Shown: in pieces, positions 57,494 through 64,000 of the stretch | Layout of the letters: each line of letters begins with the position of its first letter | Position numbering within the stretch: position 1 is the stretch's first letter | Notes under the pieces: generated by a model | Told to the model about the DNA's origin: nothing | The model's input: the letters and a program-made list of their open reading frames with translations, nothing else | Databases searched by the model: none | Origin: Octopus bimaculoides | Lineage: Eukaryota | DNA length: 64,000 nt | NCBI RefSeq assembly: GCF_001194135.2 | Contig: NC_068982.1 | Span: 38,116,084-38,180,083 of the forward strand | Reading direction: 5' to 3' | Program-made: the position numbers and the translations under genes

Positions 57494-57540
<47 letters not shown>

Positions 57541-57545
<5 letters not shown>

Positions 57546-57739
57546 CTTGTGCCCGTGACATGTGTAAGGATTTTTGAGCGAGATCGTTGCCAGTGCCCCT
57601 GAACTGGCTCCTGTGCGGGTGGCACATAAAATACACTATTTTGAGCATGGCCATTGCCAGTACCACCTGACTGGCCTTCGTGCAGGTAACACGTAAAAGC
57701 ACCCACTACACTCTCGGAGTGGTTGGCGTTAGGAAGGGC
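57541..57739 (+). mobile_element. Family C retroposon copy (runs into gap)
   Basis: Reverse complement of the upstream part of the 63133 copy. Confidence 0.8.
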
Positions 57740-58165
57740 NNNNNNNNNNNNNNNNNNNNNNNNNNNNNNNNNNNNNNNNNNNNNNNNNNNNNNNNNNNNN
57801 NNNNNNNNNNNNNNNNNNNNNNNNNNNNNNNNNNNNNNNNNNNNNNNNNNNNNNNNNNNNNNNNNNNNNNNNNNNNNNNNNNNNNNNNNNNNNNNNNNNN
57901 NNNNNNNNNNNNNNNNNNNNNNNNNNNNNNNNNNNNNNNNNNNNNNNNNNNNNNNNNNNNNNNNNNNNNNNNNNNNNNNNNNNNNNNNNNNNNNNNNNNN
58001 NNNNNNNNNNNNNNNNNNNNNNNNNNNNNNNNNNNNNNNNNNNNNNNNNNNNNNNNNNNNNNNNNNNNNNNNNNNNNNNNNNNNNNNNNNNNNNNNNNNN
58101 NNNNNNNNNNNNNNNNNNNNNNNNNNNNNNNNNNNNNNNNNNNNNNNNNNNNNNNNNNNNNNNNN

Positions 58166-58216
<51 letters not shown>

Positions 58217-58590
58217 CACACACACACATATATACACACACATGTGAGGTATAGAATATTCTCTCTAAATATTTCAGAGTATAAATGATTTTCGTTTTAA
58301 TCTAATTGCTGTCTATTAACATATGACAAAAGTCAAGTTGATAGATTCATAACTCTTGAGACAGAGGAAGGAAATAAATAACTAAATGCAAAAGCCAAGC
58401 CAACCAAGTTTCTCACAAATCAAATTCTACTGTCTTAAATAAGGAAATGAAACATTAGATTATTATCTAATATATTGCTAAAATATGGATTAGACATGGT
58501 TGGAATATCTTTGATCATGGGTTGCACGATTGGAACTGAGCCGGGGACTAGATAACAACAACAACAACAATTCAGATAATTTACAATAAA

Positions 58591-58833
58591 TTAACCCTTT
58601 TTGCTGCAGAAATCAGATATATCCATTCATATTTTCATTACCCTTAATCACAGAAAGTGGTTTTATGTACTAATCTTTCTTATATTGAGGAATGTCGTGT
58701 TGTTAAAATATGTCAAGTTTACTGAGGCAATGTGACTTGCAGAAAATACCAATTCTATTAACTTTTTTTGGTAGATATTTAACATCATTACTGAAAAAGT
58801 CATGAAATTTAATTTCACTCTTAAAAGGGTTAA
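58591..58833. mobile_element. Second TTAA-flanked MITE type
   Basis: ttaaccctttt...aaaagggttaa ends; interior unlike the other family. Confidence 0.55.
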
Positions 58834-58944
58834 CTTTATTTCTCAAATAAATAAAAAAATAATCCAACATTGCTTCTGAAAAAATAACAGTTCATTTTGT
58901 AAAAGTGCATGCATGCGTGCATGTGTGTGCGTACGTGTGTGTGC

Positions 58945-58980
<36 letters not shown>

Positions 58981-59204
58981 GCGTGTGTGTGTGTGTTTGT
59001 GTGTGAGAGAGAGATCATCATCCTCAGCATCACTTTACATTTACATATCATACACATTTACATTAGATTTCATTTTCACCAAAAAATGATATGGATGGAC
59101 CACTGTAAATACCAAATGCATGGTGTGTGACCAGCTGCTGTGATAAAAAAGAGAAATTCCCCACAAGTGGTTTCAATACAGTTTTATCAGAAAGATTTGG
59201 AAGA

Positions 59205-60300
59205 ATTAGATGAAAGTTCTGAACTTTGCCCTGGCTATTCTTATTCTAGTAGCAATGCTCTTTGAGCATCCACCCCCACTACAGACTTGGTCACCTAGGT
59301 AACGGACACTATCAACTCCTTCTTGTTTCTTCCCCTGGCATGTGACGGAATCTGTTTTCTGAGCATCTGCAGTGTTTCTTGCCACTGTACATCTGCTGCA
59401 CACAAAAGCTATCATCCCAGTTAACCTTCCTTTGATGTTGCTGCACCTCTTATGCATCCATAGCTTACACTGGGTACATTTTATGGAGTTTCTACCTATG
59501 CCTTTTCTACAGATTGAGCAGGGCCATCTATCTGAAGGAGTTTGTGATGTGTTCGCCTTCCTACTTACTAGAACTTTGGTTCTTGTTCTCTAGTTCTGGT
59601 AGTGATTCAGCTATAAGAACAAGGTCATCAGCATAGAAGAGCTCCCAGGGGCAGCTTGTCTTAAATTCCTCTGTTATTGCCGAGAGGACTATAATGAATA
59701 AGAGGGGTCTGAGGACTGATCCTTGGTGAACCCCTACAACTACTTGGAATTCTTCACTATACTCATTGCCAACCCTCACCTTACTGACAGCATCCCAGTA
59801 CAGGGCTTGTACAGCTCTCACCAACCACTTGTCTATCCCTAATTTCCACATTGACCACCAGTTAAGGGATCCAGGAACTCTATCAAAGTCTTTCTCCAAG
59901 TCAACAAAAGCCAAGTACAGAGGTTTATCTTTGGCTAGATATTTCTCCTACAGCTGCCTTACCAGAAATATAGCATCAGTGGTGCTTCTCCCTGGCACAA
60001 AACCAAACTGCATCTCATCTACACTAACTCTCTGCCTAATTAGTTGGGCTATGACCATCTCAGCAGTGATTCTTGATGGGCCGGGGACTTTCCTTGCCTT
60101 CATATCCTTAATTGTTTTATCTACCAAAGTACTGATGATTCAGATAGCAGGTACCTCAACTGGTTCAACATTTGGCAGACTCTCCTCCTCTCATTCATTC
60201 TCCACATTCAGCAGTCTTTCATAATGGCATCTCCAAACCTCTTTCTTTGCCAAATCATTTACTGCAAGCACACCATCATCCATACAGTTGCATTTCTCTC
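59205..60300 (-). mobile_element. RTE-clade LINE reverse transcriptase fragment (degenerate)
   Basis: QFGFVPGRSTTDAIF, AFVDLEKDFDRVP, VGVHQGSVL.PLLF, LFYADDLVL and RYLGD motifs. Confidence 0.93.
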
Positions 60301-60558
60301 CTATATATANNNNNNNNNNNNNNNNNNNNNNNNNNNNNNNNNNNNNNNNNNNNNNNNNNNNNNNNNNNNNNNNNNNNNNNNNNNNNNNNNNNNNNNNNNN
60401 NNNNNNNNNNNNNNNNNNNNNNNNNNNNNNNNNNNNNNNNNNNNNNNNNNNNNNNNNNNNNNNNNNNNNNNNNNNNNNNNNNNNNNNNNNNNNNNNNNNN
60501 NNNNNNNNNNNNNNNNNNNNNNNNNNNNNNNNNNNNNNNNNNNNNNNNNNNNNNNNNN

Positions 60559-60986
60559 ATTATTATTTTTCAATATAAAACTTTATCATTTCTAACAGCC
60601 GTTTCTGCTTCCAATGTCCCTCAGCGCAGCCAAAGAAAATTCTGAGAATAATATTCGTCATATTCTATAGTACATCCGATCTGGTACATGGAGCTTCATA
60701 AGAATGAAGAAAAATACATCAAATAAAAGAAGAGAAGAGAAAAGAAAGGGTAAAATGGTATGATTCAAATATATTAAGCATTCTTTCTTCATTTTGAGGT
60801 GCTTTTCTTTTCTCTTCTCTTATTTTATGTATTTTCTTCACTCTGGAGGAAGCTCCATGTACCAGATCAGATGTGCTATAGAATATGATGAATATTATTC
60901 TCAGAATTTTCTTTAGCAGTGCTGAGGGACATTGGAGGCAGAAACGGCTGCTAGAAGTGATAAAGTTTTGTATCAAAAAAAATAAT
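60559..60986. mobile_element. Fold-back element, about 185-bp arms
   Basis: 60559-60748 vs 60802-60986 are highly similar inverted arms; left edge abuts a gap. Confidence 0.85.
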
Positions 60987-61244
60987 CGATGGTAGTCAAT
61001 TTGTCTGTTGATCAAGAATTTTCTCCATTTTCTGCTTAATTTAAATTTGATTCCTGATAAACCCTTGTTTATTTTGTTATTGCTTGTATCCTATGAGCAT
61101 AATATGCTTGCATATGTATGCCCAGGGTTAACATAGGCAACTTATACCGGTAGTAAAAACAGACGTTCTTATCCCTTAGACAGTTATTCCAACCACTAAG
61201 TCTACTAACCTATATGTGTGTGTGTGTGTGTGTGTATGTATATA

Positions 61245-61295
<51 letters not shown>

Positions 61296-61673
61296 NNNNN
61301 NNNNNNNNNNNNNNNNNNNNNNNNNNNNNNNNNNNNNNNNNNNNNNNNNNNNNNNNNNNNNNNNNNNNNNNNNNNNNNNNNNNNNNNNNNNNNNNNNNNN
61401 NNNNNNNNNNNNNNNNNNNNNNNNNNNNNNNNNNNNNNNNNNNNNNNNNNNNNNNNNNNNNNNNNNNNNNNNNNNNNNNNNNNNNNNNNNNNNNNNNNNN
61501 NNNNNNNNNNNNNNNNNNNNNNNNNNNNNNNNNNNNNNNNNNNNNNNNNNNNNNNNNNNNNNNNNNNNNNNNNNNNNNNNNNNNNNNNNNNNNNNNNNNN
61601 NNNNNNNNNNNNNNNNNNNNNNNNNNNNNNNNNNNNNNNNNNNNNNNNNNNNNNNNNNNNNNNNNNNNNNNNN

Positions 61674-61722
<49 letters not shown>

Positions 61723-62699
61723 TCATTTATATCAGTGTATTGAGTGAAAATGTACAAAGGTAATCCATTTTCATTGGTACAGTAAGTATAGCTACTGATG
61801 TTTATGACTATTAAGCAGTTTTAAGTTTCATATTAAGTATCCTACTACTTTTTGTAATAATGATAGAAACATTTTAAATCCAAAATAAATAGCCAAATTG
61901 AATAAATAAAAAGAATGCTGTATTCACTGTAGTGACTCTCAAGAAATGTGGGCGGAAATTTGAGTACTGAGAAAATATTGGGTAACTCTAGTAGGATACT
62001 ATTTACCCTGGAAGTGAATTATAGCCATTTCTAAATTAAATAAAAAGAGAAAGAACAAAAACAAAGAAAAAGGAAAAGGCAAGAAAATCATTGAGTTAGC
62101 CTCAGTGTGTGTGTGTGTAAGTGTGTGTGTGTGTGAGTGTGTGTGTGTATATAATTAAGGGAAATATTAAATCTTAATGTTAGTTTAAAAGAAATCTAGA
62201 AGAATGTGGAAAAAAAATGCTTCTAAACCTCTCTTTTTGAAGGCTTTCTCATTTTCTCATTTTTTCCCTCAATTTGTATGGAATAGGTTAAAAATAGTCA
62301 TACATGAATGACTTGACTTTTGTCAGATGTTAATTGGCTGTAATTAGATTAAAATGAAAATATCTTATTTTCTGAAGTACTCTAAGGAAATAGCAGAAGG
62401 AGTCTAGTTCCCATTCAAAGATATTGGCTAACTAATTGAAATGAATGACTTTTCCATGTGTGATAAGAAATGCCCATTGATGTAAAATATTTGTGCTTAC
62501 TATATTAATATAGAGTGTTTGTTTACTGAGTCTTTACAAAAAAAGTGCAAGAGTCGATTCATTTGACCAAAACCTTTTCTGCCCCAGCCTGGCCACATTC
62601 TAATGACTGAAACAAGTAAAAGAAAGGATAAAAGAATAGATCTTTCACAATTATAAAGTTTTTACAGTTTAAAAAATACATCCATCATTCCTACATATA

Positions 62700-63087
62700 G
62701 TCACTCTCTTTACCCTTTACTCTTTTACTTGTTTCAGTCATTTGACTGTGGCCATGCTGGAGCACCGCCTTTAGTCGAGAAAATCGACCCCACAACTTAT
62801 TCTTTGTAAGCCTAGTACTTATTCTATCGGTCTCTTTTTGCCGAACCGCTAAGTTACGGGGACATAAACACACCAGCATAGGTTGTCAAGCGATGGTGGG
62901 GGGACAAACGCAGACACACAAACACACACATACATACATACATATATACATATATACATATATACATATATACGATGGGCTTCTTTCAGTTTCCGTTTAC
63001 CAAATCCACTCACAAGGCTTTGGTCGGCCTGAGGCTATAGTAGAAGACACTTGCCCAAGGTGCCAAGCAGTGGGATTGAACCCAGAN
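62700..63087 (-). mobile_element. CORE-like tRNA SINE (family B) with internal microsatellite
   Basis: ccttgggcaagtgtcttctactatagcc core, central (CA)/(TA)n, tcaaatgactgaaacaagtaaaaga tail; other copies at 529-1677, 11705-12300, 21655-22030, 29175-29520 and 39500-39895. Confidence 0.85.
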
Positions 63088-63132
63088 NNNNNNNNNNNNN
63101 NNNNNNNNNNNNNNNNNNNNNNNNNNNNNNNC

Positions 63133-63430
63133 TAGCATGGGTTGGACGATTTGACTGAGGACTGGTGAAACCGGATGGCAACACCAGGCTCCAATCTGAT
63201 TTGGCAGAGTTTCTACAGCTGGATGCCCTTCCTAACGCCAACCACTCCAAGAGTGTAGTGGGTGCTTTTACGTGTCACCTGCACGAAGGCCAGTCAGGCG
63301 GTACTGGCAACGGCCACGCTCAAAATGGTGTATTTTATGTGCCACCCACACAAGAGCCAGTCCAGGGGCACTGGCAATGATCTTGCTCGAAAATCCTTAC
63401 ACATGTCACGGGCACAAGTGCCAGAAAGGC
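63133..63430 (-). mobile_element. Family C retroposon copy
   Basis: Near-identical to other young copies; older diverged copies near 20250, 27480, 27970, 37560, 52690 and 56720. Confidence 0.85.
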
Positions 63431-63576
63431 GATGCTGGGCACAGGTGCTATCCCGATTTTGCTTTTCGCTTGCCCCAATAAGTCTTTGCAAGCTGAGTTT
63501 CGAGTCCAATGAAGGAAGTAATTTCATAAAATATCTTTGTGTAGGGCATTCACTAAAACAATAAAGTATGTACACA

Positions 63577-63614
<38 letters not shown>

Positions 63615-64000
63615 CAAATACATGTATATAAATACACACACACACACAAACACATGCATTTCTGTTTCTTTAATTTCACTAAGTAATAAAAAAATAATGG
63701 AACAATGTTTTAAAATAGAGTTGGCTTAACCAACTCCAAAATATTGTTTCCATTTCTTTTTATTTGTGAAGGTACTAGGTTATGGTTTTGGAAGGAAAAA
63801 GAATTGTAATTAAACTCAGAATATTAAAACTATCTGTTGCAAATAGCAATCAATAAGTTCAATAGAAACCTGATCAACCCTTAAGACTGTTAGAAAATAT
63901 AAATTAATCAACAAGCAGAAACACAAAAGATGTAATTAAAAGTTTGATCAATGCATATTGTTTTAAAACCAGATCTTTTTCTTTATTTCAGTTACATATC

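Noticed and set aside
48716-64000. Expected upstream TBC exon (FNWF-type motif)
   Set aside because: Searched by eye and not found; probably beyond the window or inside a gap, so no feature is claimed.

Overview
AT-rich eukaryotic genomic scaffold with about 13 N-gaps and dense microsatellites. The SINE, LINE and MITE content looks like an Octopus-type cephalopod genome (inference). Main gene: the 3' part of a minus-strand, multi-exon Rab-GAP. I reconstructed 11 GT-AG coding exons (48715 down to the stop at 4899). Their phases join into one uninterrupted 1087-aa reading frame: the end of a TBC1D2/2B-like TBC domain, then a WD40-like beta-propeller region interrupted by a roughly 600-aa low-complexity insert in a single 1967-nt exon. 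Its upstream exons were not found, so they lie outside the window or in gaps. The last coding exon of a convergent plus-strand coiled-coil gene is at 3182-3413. The rest is intronic: two tRNA-derived SINE families, a young (GAT)n-tailed retroposon family, RTE LINE fragments, mariner, hAT, piggyBac-like and Helitron-like elements, fold-back elements and a solo LTR. The most interesting unexplained features are a tandem partial exon duplicate that could act as an alternative terminal exon, a sense-oriented solo LTR just upstream of a TBC exon, a pre-miRNA-like intronic hairpin and a few orphan exon-like segments. I see no firm evidence of a wholly new system; these are hypotheses.
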